A stretch of 64,000 bases of DNA from the IMG/VR virus record IMGVR_UViG_3300030328_002748, positions 1-64,000 of that record, one strand, 5' to 3'. Position 1 is the stretch's first letter, and the number at the start of each line of letters is the position of its first letter. The notes under the pieces were generated by a model, which was not told the origin of the DNA, made no database searches, and saw only the letters and a program-made list of their open reading frames with translations. Positions 28,458-39,800 of the stretch are shown piece after piece. The translations under genes were made by a program, and so were the position numbers. This DNA comes from a virus. Lineage: Duplodnaviria > Caudoviricetes.

Positions 28458-29269
28458 TGGATAACAATGCAAAAACCCAATACATTATTACTGATGTACA
28501 AGAACGTATAGTACGTGAGGAGGATCTTATTGGAGTTGGTACTCCATCTGCGATTCAAAATAGATTGGATCATGTAGATACATGTATGGAAGCTTATAAT
28601 CCATCTATTAAAGGTATCGATTCTAAAGTTATTGGTATTGGTCAATCCATTAATAAGATAAAAGATGAGATAATAACTTTATATACTAATGCTGTAATGA
28701 CAGGTAATTCCGCTACTAGTTGTGGAACATATAATGCTGGGGCTGGTTGTTCTTATGTGGATGCATCTGAATTTCAAGCTGCTGGTGGATTTAGTGGTTG
28801 GGGATTAAGTACCTGTTTTACTGGTTATGGTCAGAAAAATTATGATGTAGTAACTGCACATATTTGGCCTTTCGATCCAACTACAGATGATCCTTTTACT
28901 CCAGCTACTACTGAAGTTATTAATACTGCAAGTACAACATATACTGCTGGAGTAGGTACATTTGTTAGTCATACTCCAGATGGAGGAGGTGTTGTAGGTA
29001 ATACCGTAACTCTTAATTCTAATAGTGGATGTTCTGCAACAGCTACTGAAATTACTAGAAAAGAAGCTGAGATAACTGCACTTAGATCAGAACTTGCTGA
29101 TTATAGAGGTATTGTAAATGATATACGTACAGATAGATTAGATTATCAATTGGAAGAATGGGGTTCAAAAAATGCTATAGAAGAAGCAAAGGCTAAAAAA
29201 GATAGATTGTCTGGTATTTTAACAGCTTTTAGTGATTCAAGATATAATAGTCTGTTCCTAAAAACCTAG
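28457..29269 (+). CDS. Putative virion structural protein
   Basis: 270-aa ORF with coiled-coil ends; late operon. Confidence 0.6.
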   Translation: MDNNAKTQYIITDVQERIVREEDLIGVGTPSAIQNRLDHVDTCMEAYNPSIKGIDSKVIGIGQSINKIKDEIITLYTNAVMTGNSATSCGTYNAGAGCSYVDASEFQAAGGFSGWGLSTCFTGYGQKNYDVVTAHIWPFDPTTDDPFTPATTEVINTASTTYTAGVGTFVSHTPDGGGVVGNTVTLNSNSGCSATATEITRKEAEITALRSELADYRGIVNDIRTDRLDYQLEEWGSKNAIEEAKAKKDRLSGILTAFSDSRYNSLFLKT

Positions 29270-29272
29270 CCC

Positions 29273-29301
29273 TTGCCAAGGTGGGTATGTAGTGGTATTA
29301 T
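29273..29301 (+). promoter_or_regulatory. Sigma70-type promoter
   Basis: TTGCCA-N17-TATTAT. Confidence 0.6.
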
Positions 29302-29328
29302 AGTTCAGTAACAAAGGTCAGGTGCCTA

Positions 29329-29535
29329 ATGAAAAGAGAAGACGAGTATCTAACAACCGTTGTTATCAATGTTCAAGAAAAGTCGTTTCGTCTTCTTTCT
29401 GATGAAGGAGTTGAACAAAGTATCACATGTGATACAATGTCACAATTCATGGATTTACTTGAGATGGTTAAGTGTTCAGAGGAATTTGGTGTAGAAATTC
29501 GGTACGTTGAACCGAAGACTGCGGGAGTAGTTTAA
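29329..29535 (+). CDS. Hypothetical protein
   Basis: ORF track; last codons overlap the tRNA. Confidence 0.7.
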   Translation: MKREDEYLTTVVINVQEKSFRLLSDEGVEQSITCDTMSQFMDLLEMVKCSEEFGVEIRYVEPKTAGVV

Positions 29536-29591
29536 TGGTAGAATCTGAGTGTTCCACACTCCAGCTGTAGGTTCGATTCCTACCTCCCGCT
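29521..29591 (+). tRNA. tRNA-Gly (TCC)
   Basis: Acceptor GCGGGAG/CTCCCGC, D-arm GTTT-AATGGTA-GAAT, anticodon loop GTTCCAC, T-arm GTAGG-TTCGATT-CCTAC, T discriminator, no encoded CCA. Confidence 0.88.
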
Positions 29592-29592
29592 T

Positions 29593-29742
29593 ATGACTTT
29601 AAGAGACTATATAGAAAGACCAAAAAAAGAATGGACTGATAAGGATTGGTTGAAAGAAGCTCACATCATGGTTCATTCGCCATGGATTGATGATGAAGAA
29701 CGAGAATACTGGAGAGATAAAATAAAAGAATTACAAAAATGA
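29593..29742 (+). CDS. Hypothetical protein (49 aa, not in ORF track)
   Basis: MTLRDYIERPKKEWTDKDWL...EYWRDKIKELQK*; ATGA overlap with the next gene. Confidence 0.6.
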   Translation: MTLRDYIERPKKEWTDKDWLKEAHIMVHSPWIDDEEREYWRDKIKELQK

Positions 29743-30353
29743 CTTATAAAGTTCCTTTTATTATAGAAGATGATTTTCTTCCACAAAATGAATTGGAAGA
29801 TGTATGGACAGAAACTAAAAGTCTTTATAAAGATCTTAGGCCTGGATGGACTAGTAATCCAGCTACTAAAGATGGAGAGGTTTTAAAACAAAATTCTCAT
29901 TTATTTTATCATGAATTTTATGGAGATGCATATAATGAGTCAATTACATCAGAGATACTTATAAAGAGGATTATACACGATAAATTCTTAGATAAATTTG
30001 AAGATAGACTTGTAAGAGATTTAGCACAGAACATTAACTGGCAAGGATTAATGTTGTCATATTATGATGATGGTGATAGTTATAAACCACATCATGATCA
30101 GGCTATGTTTACTATTCTTTATTGGTTACATAAACAACCTAAAAAGTTTAGTGGTGGTAAATTACACCTATATAATGATACGACTAGTTCAAATCCTGAA
30201 GCCTTTATTCCGTTTGAACCTAGACATAATAGAATATTAATATTTCCCTCACCTTATATGCATGAAGTAACCCCAGTTACTTTGAATAAGGAAGATAGAA
30301 AAAAAGGATTAGGTAGATACTGCATTACTATGTTCTGCGGAATTCAACCATAG
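29739..30353 (+). CDS. 2OG-Fe(II) oxygenase (prolyl-hydroxylase-like fold)
   Basis: YYDDGDSYKPHHD, FSGGKL, NRILIFPS..HEVTPV, GRY. Confidence 0.88.
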   Translation: MTYKVPFIIEDDFLPQNELEDVWTETKSLYKDLRPGWTSNPATKDGEVLKQNSHLFYHEFYGDAYNESITSEILIKRIIHDKFLDKFEDRLVRDLAQNINWQGLMLSYYDDGDSYKPHHDQAMFTILYWLHKQPKKFSGGKLHLYNDTTSSNPEAFIPFEPRHNRILIFPSPYMHEVTPVTLNKEDRKKGLGRYCITMFCGIQP

Positions 30354-30417
30354 TCTTTCATATCTTCCTTGTCTAAATATAAGGAGAAGAAATCTTGTTA
30401 ATCTCAGGATAAGCGAA

Positions 30418-33400
30418 ATGCCTTTAAGTAGACTAGAGAATTTCCTAAAGAATGTTGAAGGTAACATTTTATATGTAAACCCGACAGATCTGGACGCAAC
30501 TGACAGTATTGAAAATCAAGGTAATTCACTTACCCGACCATTCAAATCGATTCAAAGAGCGTTATTAGAAGCTGCTAGGTTTTCATATCAGATAGGACAA
30601 AATAACGATAAGTTTAATAGAACAACGATATTACTATATCCTGGCGTTCATGAAGTTGATAACAGGCCTGGTTATAACGTAATTAACTCCTCTGGAGCAG
30701 CTCTTTATAGAGATAGGAACGGTGTAATTAAAGCACTTGAACAATTAACTGATGAGAGTAATTATAATATAAATGATCCCACTAACGAACTTTATAAGTA
30801 TAACTCAACTGAGGGTGGTGTTATTATCCCTCGTGGTACTTCTATTGTTGGTTTAGATTTACGTAAAACAAATATAAGACCTAAGTTTGTTCCCGATCCT
30901 ACAAACGACGGTGTTCTTAGATCAGCTATATTCCGTGTAACTGGTGGATGTTATTTCTGGCAATTCACTATATTTGATGGAGATCCTAATAGTTCTGTTT
31001 ATAGAGATTATACAACAAATAGATATACTCCTAGATTTTCACACCATAAACTAACTGTATTTGAATATGCAGATGGTGTAAACGGTGTTGGTATTGGTAC
31101 TTCTACCAGTTCAACTGACCTTCAGATGTATTATCATAAGGTTCAGAAAGCCTATGGTGATAGTTCTGGTCGTGCGATTGGTGACTTCCCATCTACTTCT
31201 GACATGCAACCTAAGTTGCCTGAATATGAGATGGTTGGCCCTGTTGCGGCAAGTAATATTGGTATTACCAGTATGAGGGCTGGTGCTGGATCCCTATCTA
31301 ATACTTCAACCACAGTTACAGTAGATTGTAAGACAGCTCATAGCCTTGTTGTAGATAGTTCTGTTCGTATATCAGGTGTTAATACATATCCAAACATTTA
31401 TAATGGTAATTTCGTTGTAACAGGTATATCTTCTGATCGGATATTTACATATCGAACCAGTTCCCCACCTCTTGATGGTCTACCAGCAATGGATGGTGAT
31501 GAACAAGTTATTGCTGATACCGATACTATTACAGGTACTTCTCCATATATCTTCAACTGTTCTCTACGTTCAGTTTATGGTATGTGTGGTATGCACGCTG
31601 ATGGTAGCAAATCGACTGGATTTAAGTCGATGGTTGTTGCTCAGTACACTGGTGTAGGTCTGCAAAAAGATAATGATGCTTTCTTATTATACAATAGTAG
31701 TACGTCCCAATATGATACTAATGCCACAGTTTCCGATAGTGAAAAACCATTATATCTGAATAGTGATGCCATTTATAGGCCTTCTTATGAGAACTATCAT
31801 GTTAAATGTTCTAATAAGGCGGTTATTCAGATTGTATCTGTGTTTGCTATTGGTTATGCCCAACAATTCTTGGCTGAATCTGGTGGAGACCAATCAATAA
31901 CAAACTCTAACTCTAACTTTGGTTCAAAGGCATTAAAAGCTTCTGGTTTCCAAGATCAGGCATTTGTTAGAGATGATAAAGGATATGTTACTCATATTAT
32001 TCCACCACAGAGACTTGAGAAGGCTAATAAATCTGTAGAATGGGGTGCTATTAATGTTGGATTAACTACAGCTCCTGTTGGTGTTGGTACTACAGCTAAG
32101 ATATTCTTAGATGGATTTACTGATCCAGATATTCCACCCGCAGTTATTATTGAAGGATTTAGAATTGGTGCAAAGAGAACCTTTGATCCTCAAAACTTAT
32201 GCACTAATCCAGACCTTCTAAAAGTTAATGTTGCTGGTGTTGGTACATATTCTGCACCCATTACGATGATTAATTCGGATGGTAGTGAAGGCCCGACAGC
32301 TTTAAAAGAATATGTTGTAGGATTTGTTGGTGCTGCTAACAGTATTACAAGTAGTACATTAACTCTTAGACAAGATCATCAACTATTTGCAGGTGAAAGT
32401 ATTAGGGTTATAGCTGATGATGGTGCTTTACCAGATGGAGTTGATTCAGGAAAGATATATTATGCTGTAACTAATGATTCTCAGAATGAAACTCTAAATG
32501 CAAATCAGATTAAACTTGCTAAGACTGAGAATGAGGCTATACTAGGTGGTTCTGGTAACTTTATTGTCATTAGTAATGATAAAGGTGGTAGAATACGAAT
32601 TAATTCTAGGGTAACTGATAAATTACCAGGCGATTTTGCTCATCCAGTTCAATATGATACTACCAATAAGAACTGGTATGTACGTTGTTCCATTGATCCA
32701 GCTATTAATACAGTTTGGAGTGGTATTACAACTAACCAAGATGCTCTTGGGCCTAGAACTAATAAGACATTCTTTGAAAGAAGAGAGGATACAAGATCTT
32801 TAGGTAATAGGATCTATAAGTTACGTTATGTTATTCCTAAAGAGGAACAGGATGCTAGACCACCTATTCCTGGCTATGTTGTCCAAGAATCTAGTACTAC
32901 TGGTGTAAGTACTGCAACTGATTTCACTGATAATATTCCTAACGCTACTGTTCTAAGGAATGTACGTATTATAAACACCGTTAATAGGGATTCAAATAGT
33001 GGTATTACTACAATTTGTACTGAGAAACCTCATGATTTGATGGTTGGTGATAGAGTACTGTTTAAAAATGTAAGAAGTACTGCAAATACAGTTGGTGCTG
33101 CTAATACTGGATATAATACTATTAGAAATGTTGTTGGTGTTACTAGTTCTAAGGGATTTGAGGTTTCTTATGGATATGCGCCAGGAAACTTTATTACTAA
33201 CGTTTCTACTAGAAATTCAAGTCTACCTACATTCTCTAAACAACAAGCAAAAGGAACCTTTGTTGTTTATCGTGTAGAGACTCTTAAAGAACAACAGTAT
33301 AACAAACAAGATGGTGTTTATCATCTAATATGTGTTGATAGTAGTATTCGTCCAACTGTTAACGAATTTAATAATAGGAAGTATACTCAAGCTATTGAGA

Positions 33401-36400
33401 ATTTATATCCACAATTTGATGGTGATAACTTTGTAATGGATGCCTCTGCTGCATCCAGTTATGCTATTAATGATCCAGTTGGTAAGGTTGTAACTAACAG
33501 TTTACAGTATAGTATCACTAGAGAATTTGCTAACAGATATATTAGATCATTTGGCCCAGGCATTGCGGTCACATATGCTGCTGGTTCTACTGCTGGTGTT
33601 AGTACCATCTATACAGATCGTGAACATAATCTGAATCAGATAACTGCTGTAAGTATTGGTAATAGTGGTGTTAATTATGGTGCTGGTATTTCAACCACTC
33701 TTTATAACGCAACTCTATCATACGTTGGAGTAAGTACTGGTGAAGGTGCTACTGCAAATATAACCATTGATGCTCTTGGTGGTATTACTGCTATCTCAAT
33801 TGTTGATGGTGGATCTGCATACGGTGTTGGACATACTCTTGAAGTTGTTGGTGTTCAGACTGCTGGAAGTCATACTCGTGGATGGGTTAATGTTACTAAG
33901 ATTGCTAATAATATAGGTGATGCAATTGAAATAGTTGGTGTTGGTACTTCACTTGGTCGTTATACCAGTGGATATTGTGGAATCCATACTATTGTATCTC
34001 TAAAACCAAAAGAGGTTACTTATAATAACGGGTTCAATCCAGGCGTTTATGATGTAAACACTGTTGGAATGGCTTCAGGCTTCATGTTATATGCAGGCTC
34101 TGTACCTCCAGTATCTACTATTTCATACTCTAGTGCTGCAACTGGAATTGCAACAGTTACTACTTCTGGGCCTCATGGATTAAATGTTAACAACCCATTT
34201 AAGATAGTGGGTGTTGCTCAGACAATTTATAATACAGAATCTATAGTTAATGAGAGAATAAGTACAACTCAGTTTAACTTCAAGTTTACTGATAAGGCTA
34301 TTCCAGCAACTTATACTGCTGGTGGTAGTGTTATACCAATTAACTATGGCCCTCGTGGTGGTAAGACTGAATCTGGTAATGAAAGGATTGCTCAGAGACT
34401 TGTTCCTTTCAGAACTGGTATTCAAACTTCAATGAGTGCCGCCTCAATTAACTCAACAACTACTACTCTTACTTTGGGTGATAGTTCTGGTTTCTATAAA
34501 GGTGATTACGTTCAGATTGATGGTGAGGTTATTCGTATCTCCTCAGATTTCTCTTCTAATCAGGCAACAGTAATAAGAGGTCAACTTGGTTCTCGTTCTG
34601 CTGCACATGATGCTAGTTCTTTAGTTAAGAAGATTCGTATTATTGCTTCTGAGAAGAGAAGACACTCAATTCTACGTGCTTCTGGTCATACATTTGAATA
34701 TGTTGGATATGGGCCAGGTAACTACTCAACTGGTTTACCACAGAAACAAGATAGGATTCTATCAAAAGAAGAACAGTTCCTTTCTCAGTCACAAAACCCC
34801 GATGGTGGTGCCGTAGTTTATACTGGTGTTAATGATGCTGGTGACTTCTACATTGGTAACAAAGTTATTAACTCTAAGGATGGTACTGAGTCTACATTCA
34901 ATATTCCAATTCCAACTGTAACTGGTGCTGATGAGGATGCTGCAGGAGCTGCTACAAGATTAGATGCTATCTTTGACAGTGTAACTGTCAGGGAAGGATT
35001 ATCCGTTGATGGAGATAATAATACAACAGTTAAGTTAAATGCTCCTACCACAATTACTGAGAAATTAACAACAACATCTGCTGATGGTGCTGAATTTGTT
35101 AAGATAACAATTAATGGTGGTTTACCAGAGAATAGAACATTTACTTATTCTCCAACCAAACCAACAGGTACAGGAACTCTTGGAGATTTAACCTTTAATT
35201 CTAGTCCAAACTTTGGCGAATATCTTGGATGGACATATACCAACCAAGGATGGAAGAGATTTGGTCTTATTTCTACTGAGGATGATTCAACAAAACTAAG
35301 TCTTGGTACTGTTGGTGTTGGTTCTACCAGTGCTAATCGTATTGGTAATCAAAATGGTATTGATGTAAGAGGTACGATTGTTGCTGATGCCTTTGTTTGT
35401 GCTGGAATTTGTACTTTCTCTGGTTCAACAACATTCGCTTCTATTACCTTTAGTGAATTAACTGTTGGTGTTGCTACTGTTACTGGTAGATTGGATATTA
35501 ATGGTGACTTTGATTGTGGAATTGCATCAGTTACTTCACTGAAATTAGCCAATAGTGATAAGATTTTGATGGGAGATAGTGGTTTCCTTGAGATATATCA
35601 TGACGGCAGTGATGCTTACTTCAAGAATACTGGTGGTACTGGTGGTCGTACTTATATTCAAGGCCCATCCAGTAGTGGTCAAGAGATGCGTCTACAGGCC
35701 AAGGCTGGAGAGGATGGTATCGTCATAAATGATGGTGGTTCTATTACAATCGGTCATGCTGGTAGTACCAAGATCGAGACAAGTGCAACAGGTATTACTG
35801 TAACTGGTACAATTAATGGTTCTATTGAGTACTCTAATGGTGTACTTACAGATACAAATAGTGCTAATACTGATTATCAGGTAGGTTTTGTTACTGCTGC
35901 TTCTGGTACTTACAATAGACTCTTTATTGATTCTCAATCTTCGGCATTTACCTATAATCCAAGTTCAAATACATTGAGTGCTGGAACATTTAATGGATCT
36001 GGTGCAAGTTTAACTAATATTCCAAATAGTGCAACGACAGCTACAGATAGCAACAACGGTAACACTATTGTTGGTAGAGATGCTTCTGGTAACTTCTCTG
36101 CTGGTACTATTACCGCAACATTGAGTGGTAATGCATCTTCTGCTAGTTTGGTTGATGTTAATGCTAATAATACTACCAATGAAACTGTTTATCCAGTATT
36201 TGTAGATTCAACTGGTAGTGCTGTTCAGTTAGAAAGAGATACAGGATTGACTTATAATCCAAGTACTCAGATTCTAACTTGTACTACGGTTAGTGCTGGA
36301 TTGAATGGTATTGCAAGTGATGCTGATCAAATTAGAGTAAGAAATGCCAGCAACTCTCCTAATAGTGATTGTCATATTACCTTCAGAAAGAATGATAATA

Positions 36401-36762
36401 CTGATTCATATGATGATCTATGGACGGATGATTATCTGGTTTATAATCCAAGTGGAAACGTTTTTGCTATTAACTCAGATGAAAAACTGAAAGATAATAT
36501 TGAGGTCATTCCTAATGCTCTTGATAAGGTAAAACAGATCCGAGGAGTTACATTTAATTGGAAGAGAGACGGAGTTAAATCTACTGGTGTTATTGCTCAG
36601 GATGTTGAGAAGGCATTCCCTGTTCTGGTTAGTGAAAGAGAAAAAAGTGGAGACAAATCAGTTGCATATCAGAACATGGTTGGTCTTTTAGTTGAGGCTA
36701 TTAAAGAACAACAAATTCAAATTGAAGATCTTAAGGCCAAGGTGGAAGACTTGTCTAAATAG
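30418..36762 (+). CDS. Large virion/tail fibre protein (2114 aa) with C-terminal S74 intramolecular chaperone
   Basis: MPLSRLENFLKN start typical of cyanophage structural proteins; [40 protein letters not shown]; CTAAATA at 30373. Confidence 0.85.
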   Translation: MPLSRLENFLKNVEGNILYVNPTDLDATDSIENQGNSLTRPFKSIQRALLEAARFSYQIGQNNDKFNRTTILLYPGVHEVDNRPGYNVINSSGAALYRDRNGVIKALEQLTDESNYNINDPTNELYKYNSTEGGVIIPRGTSIVGLDLRKTNIRPKFVPDPTNDGVLRSAIFRVTGGCYFWQFTIFDGDPNSSVYRDYTTNRYTPRFSHHKLTVFEYADGVNGVGIGTSTSSTDLQMYYHKVQKAYGDSSGRAIGDFPSTSDMQPKLPEYEMVGPVAASNIGITSMRAGAGSLSNTSTTVTVDCKTAHSLVVDSSVRISGVNTYPNIYNGNFVVTGISSDRIFTYRTSSPPLDGLPAMDGDEQVIADTDTITGTSPYIFNCSLRSVYGMCGMHADGSKSTGFKSMVVAQYTGVGLQKDNDAFLLYNSSTSQYDTNATVSDSEKPLYLNSDAIYRPSYENYHVKCSNKAVIQIVSVFAIGYAQQFLAESGGDQSITNSNSNFGSKALKASGFQDQAFVRDDKGYVTHIIPPQRLEKANKSVEWGAINVGLTTAPVGVGTTAKIFLDGFTDPDIPPAVIIEGFRIGAKRTFDPQNLCTNPDLLKVNVAGVGTYSAPITMINSDGSEGPTALKEYVVGFVGAANSITSSTLTLRQDHQLFAGESIRVIADDGALPDGVDSGKIYYAVTNDSQNETLNANQIKLAKTENEAILGGSGNFIVISNDKGGRIRINSRVTDKLPGDFAHPVQYDTTNKNWYVRCSIDPAINTVWSGITTNQDALGPRTNKTFFERREDTRSLGNRIYKLRYVIPKEEQDARPPIPGYVVQESSTTGVSTATDFTDNIPNATVLRNVRIINTVNRDSNSGITTICTEKPHDLMVGDRVLFKNVRSTANTVGAANTGYNTIRNVVGVTSSKGFEVSYGYAPGNFITNVSTRNSSLPTFSKQQAKGTFVVYRVETLKEQQYNKQDGVYHLICVDSSIRPTVNEFNNRKYTQAIENLYPQFDGDNFVMDASAASSYAINDPVGKVVTNSLQYSITREFANRYIRSFGPGIAVTYAAGSTAGVSTIYTDREHNLNQITAVSIGNSGVNYGAGISTTLYNATLSYVGVSTGEGATANITIDALGGITAISIVDGGSAYGVGHTLEVVGVQTAGSHTRGWVNVTKIANNIGDAIEIVGVGTSLGRYTSGYCGIHTIVSLKPKEVTYNNGFNPGVYDVNTVGMASGFMLYAGSVPPVSTISYSSAATGIATVTTSGPHGLNVNNPFKIVGVAQTIYNTESIVNERISTTQFNFKFTDKAIPATYTAGGSVIPINYGPRGGKTESGNERIAQRLVPFRTGIQTSMSAASINSTTTTLTLGDSSGFYKGDYVQIDGEVIRISSDFSSNQATVIRGQLGSRSAAHDASSLVKKIRIIASEKRRHSILRASGHTFEYVGYGPGNYSTGLPQKQDRILSKEEQFLSQSQNPDGGAVVYTGVNDAGDFYIGNKVINSKDGTESTFNIPIPTVTGADEDAAGAATRLDAIFDSVTVREGLSVDGDNNTTVKLNAPTTITEKLTTTSADGAEFVKITINGGLPENRTFTYSPTKPTGTGTLGDLTFNSSPNFGEYLGWTYTNQGWKRFGLISTEDDSTKLSLGTVGVGSTSANRIGNQNGIDVRGTIVADAFVCAGICTFSGSTTFASITFSELTVGVATVTGRLDINGDFDCGIASVTSLKLANSDKILMGDSGFLEIYHDGSDAYFKNTGGTGGRTYIQGPSSSGQEMRLQAKAGEDGIVINDGGSITIGHAGSTKIETSATGITVTGTINGSIEYSNGVLTDTNSANTDYQVGFVTAASGTYNRLFIDSQSSAFTYNPSSNTLSAGTFNGSGASLTNIPNSATTATDSNNGNTIVGRDASGNFSAGTITATLSGNASSASLVDVNANNTTNETVYPVFVDSTGSAVQLERDTGLTYNPSTQILTCTTVSAGLNGIASDADQIRVRNASNSPNSDCHITFRKNDNTDSYDDLWTDDYLVYNPSGNVFAINSDEKLKDNIEVIPNALDKVKQIRGVTFNWKRDGVKSTGVIAQDVEKAFPVLVSEREKSGDKSVAYQNMVGLLVEAIKEQQIQIEDLKAKVEDLSK

Positions 36763-36814
36763 ATCAGACCGATCTTTATCGGTGACTAGGTAGATACCGT
36801 TATTAGAGCGCCAA

Positions 36815-39800
36815 ATGGCATCAAATATTCGTTTTAAAAGATCCTCTGTTACTGGAAAATCTCCATCAGCAGCACAATTACCAATAGGTGAGATAGCAAT
36901 GAACACCAAGGATGGTGTTCTGTGGATGCAAGAAGAAGGTGCTAGGATTTTAAATATTCGGGCTGGTTCCGCTCTAACGGCTGGTAGATTTATATACGTG
37001 TCTCCGCACGGTGACGATACTAATAACGACGGTAGTGATAGATTAAAGGCAAAGAAAACAGTTTCAGGTGCTGTAGCAATCAGTACCTCTGGTGATACAA
37101 TTGAAGTAGCATCAGGTACATATGTAGAATCAAACCCAATAGTTGTTCCTCCTGGCGTTGCATTGCAAGGAGAGGATTTACGATCAACCGTTCTTGTTCC
37201 GCAAACGCAGAATAAGGACTTTTTTCATGTCAACAATGGGGTTCACTTTACGAACTTTAGTTTTGTAGGATCTGCAAGTACTGGTGCAGTTATTTCATTT
37301 GATCCAAATAGAGTAGGTGTTGTAACTCAGTCACCATATGTTCGTAACTGTACTAATTTCATTCCTAATAGTATAGGATTGAGAATTGATGGTAATTTGA
37401 GAAGTGGTAATAATGGTGTTAACGGCTCTATGGTTGTTGACTCATTTACACAATACAACTTGAATGGTATAGGTGTTTCGATTACGAATAAGGCCTATGC
37501 TCAGTTAGTTTCTATATTCACAATTAACTCTGGAACCAGTATTTTCTGTGAATCTGGTGGACAGTGTGATATTACTAACTCTAACTCATCCTTTGGTGAA
37601 TATGGTCTTGTTGCTGACAATGTTAGTTTACTTCAATACACAGGTATTACCTCAACTGCCTCTGGTATTGCTAGTGACCGTCTTCAGATTCAATTCCCAG
37701 TTAAGAATGTTCAGATTACTAACTTTGAATATGATAATGTAACTGGTTACTCTACAGTAACTACAGAAGAGGATCATAATCTTAAAGTTGGTTATGGTGC
37801 TAGTCTACAAGGTATTGGATTCACATGTGCTGCTGGTTATGGCCAGACACATGCAGTTAGTGGTTTCATTTATAATGAAGCTACTGGTATTTCAACTATA
37901 ACAACAGCTACCAATCACGGAGTAATTGGTGGTGATCATGTTAAATTATCTGGAATTGCATTTACTTGTTCTGGTTATGCTGGTGTAAGTACACATATAT
38001 TCCCAGATGGTACAAACGGATATCAATTTAAAGTTGACTCTATATTGAGTAATACTCAATTTACAGTTAATGTTGGAACTTCTACGATTGCTCATACTTA
38101 TTTGGAGAATGGTATTGTTAGAACTGGTATAACCACTGACATTTACCCAAATCCAATTGGTGAGCCTGGAAAATCAGGTAATGTATATGATGTCATAGAC
38201 ATCCCTGGCGGTAATTACACTCACAAGTTTGTTTCCGCTGATGCAGGTGCAGTAACAATTAAAACTGGAGCTGCTGCAGGTGCTGCTGTAACTGTTACTA
38301 ATGCAACATATATTCCTGCTACTGGAGTATTGACATTAGACTTTGTAGCTGCTCATGGAATGTCAACTGCTGATCAGATTACTATATCTGAGGAATCAAT
38401 ATCATTTACATGTGCCAAAGATAATTACAAACATCCACAAGCTTATCCACGGCCAGGATTTGCACATACATTTGTAAGTGGCGTTACTAATGCTATTACG
38501 AAGAGTATTGGTGGAACAATTACTGCGGAAGCTGGTACTGTTTATGACGGTGCAGCTGGTATTATGACAGTGACTTCTGCTGGTCATGGTTTATCAAATG
38601 GTAACACTGTTACCCTTGCAAATGATGCTGTTAAATTCACTTGTTCCAAGGATGTACATGCAACTCAACATGATTATCCAAGAAACGGGATTGATCCTAT
38701 TGCTGGAGTAGCAACAGTTGTTTCTAATTCACAGACTAATACATTTGAGATTTTTGTTGGTAAGTCTGGAATAGCTGATCCTATTTGTGGGGTCGGAACT
38801 ACTGTTAATGTAACAAGTACAACTCAGTTAACCGTTAATTGTGGTGCTACACTACTTGATGCTAGAAAGTTTAATATCTATTCTGGTATTAGTACTGTTC
38901 CACATACATTTGTTCAAGCTGGAATAAGAACGGTTTCGGGATTTGTTCACGATCATCTTACTGGTTTAACTACTATTACAACCAGTCAACCACATCATTT
39001 GGCCGCTAAAAATTATGTAAGACTTGCTGGTATTGCTTTAACATGTACTGCTGGTATTAAAACATATCCAGACGGTAATTCTAGATTTGGTAGTGTCTTT
39101 GAAGTAACTGGTATTACTACTAATACCTTTACTCTTGATGTAGGTATCTCAACTCTGGCCCACACATATGTGAGTGGTGGTACAGTAAGAAGAGCCGCAG
39201 CTTCAAAACTTTATGCTAACCGTCCTTATGATGGTCAAGTAGTTTATCTTGATACATTATATAAACAGTTAGATAAAATCGATGTAACATCGCCTGGTAG
39301 TGGATATGCTTCACAGCCAACTATTACTATTAGTGCCCCAGAAGGGGATAATGGTACAACTGCTACTGCTGAGGCCGTTCTTGAAAATGGAGCTATTAAG
39401 GAGATTAATGTAACCAATAATGGTTCACAATACGTTAATAATCCTTCTATAACACTTACTGGTGGAAGTCCTTCGGTTTCTGCTGGTACAACTACTGGTA
39501 TGCGTCCTCTGTATTATACAGTACAAGAGGCAACACAACCTGACAAATACACTGGTATATCAACCGTTGTATTTGACCAAGTTCTTAATAATGCTATTGG
39601 TATAGGATCTACAGCGTTCTTCTACCAAACAAGTCTCATCTTGGCCTCATCACACTCATTTGAGTGGATTGGTTCAGGTGGAGATATGGCTGGTTCAAGA
39701 CCTAGACTTGGTGGTGTTGGTATTCAGTCCGCTGAAATTGTTAATCGAGATGGTGGAATAGTAGTTTACACCTCTACAGACCAATCTGGTAACTTCAGAA

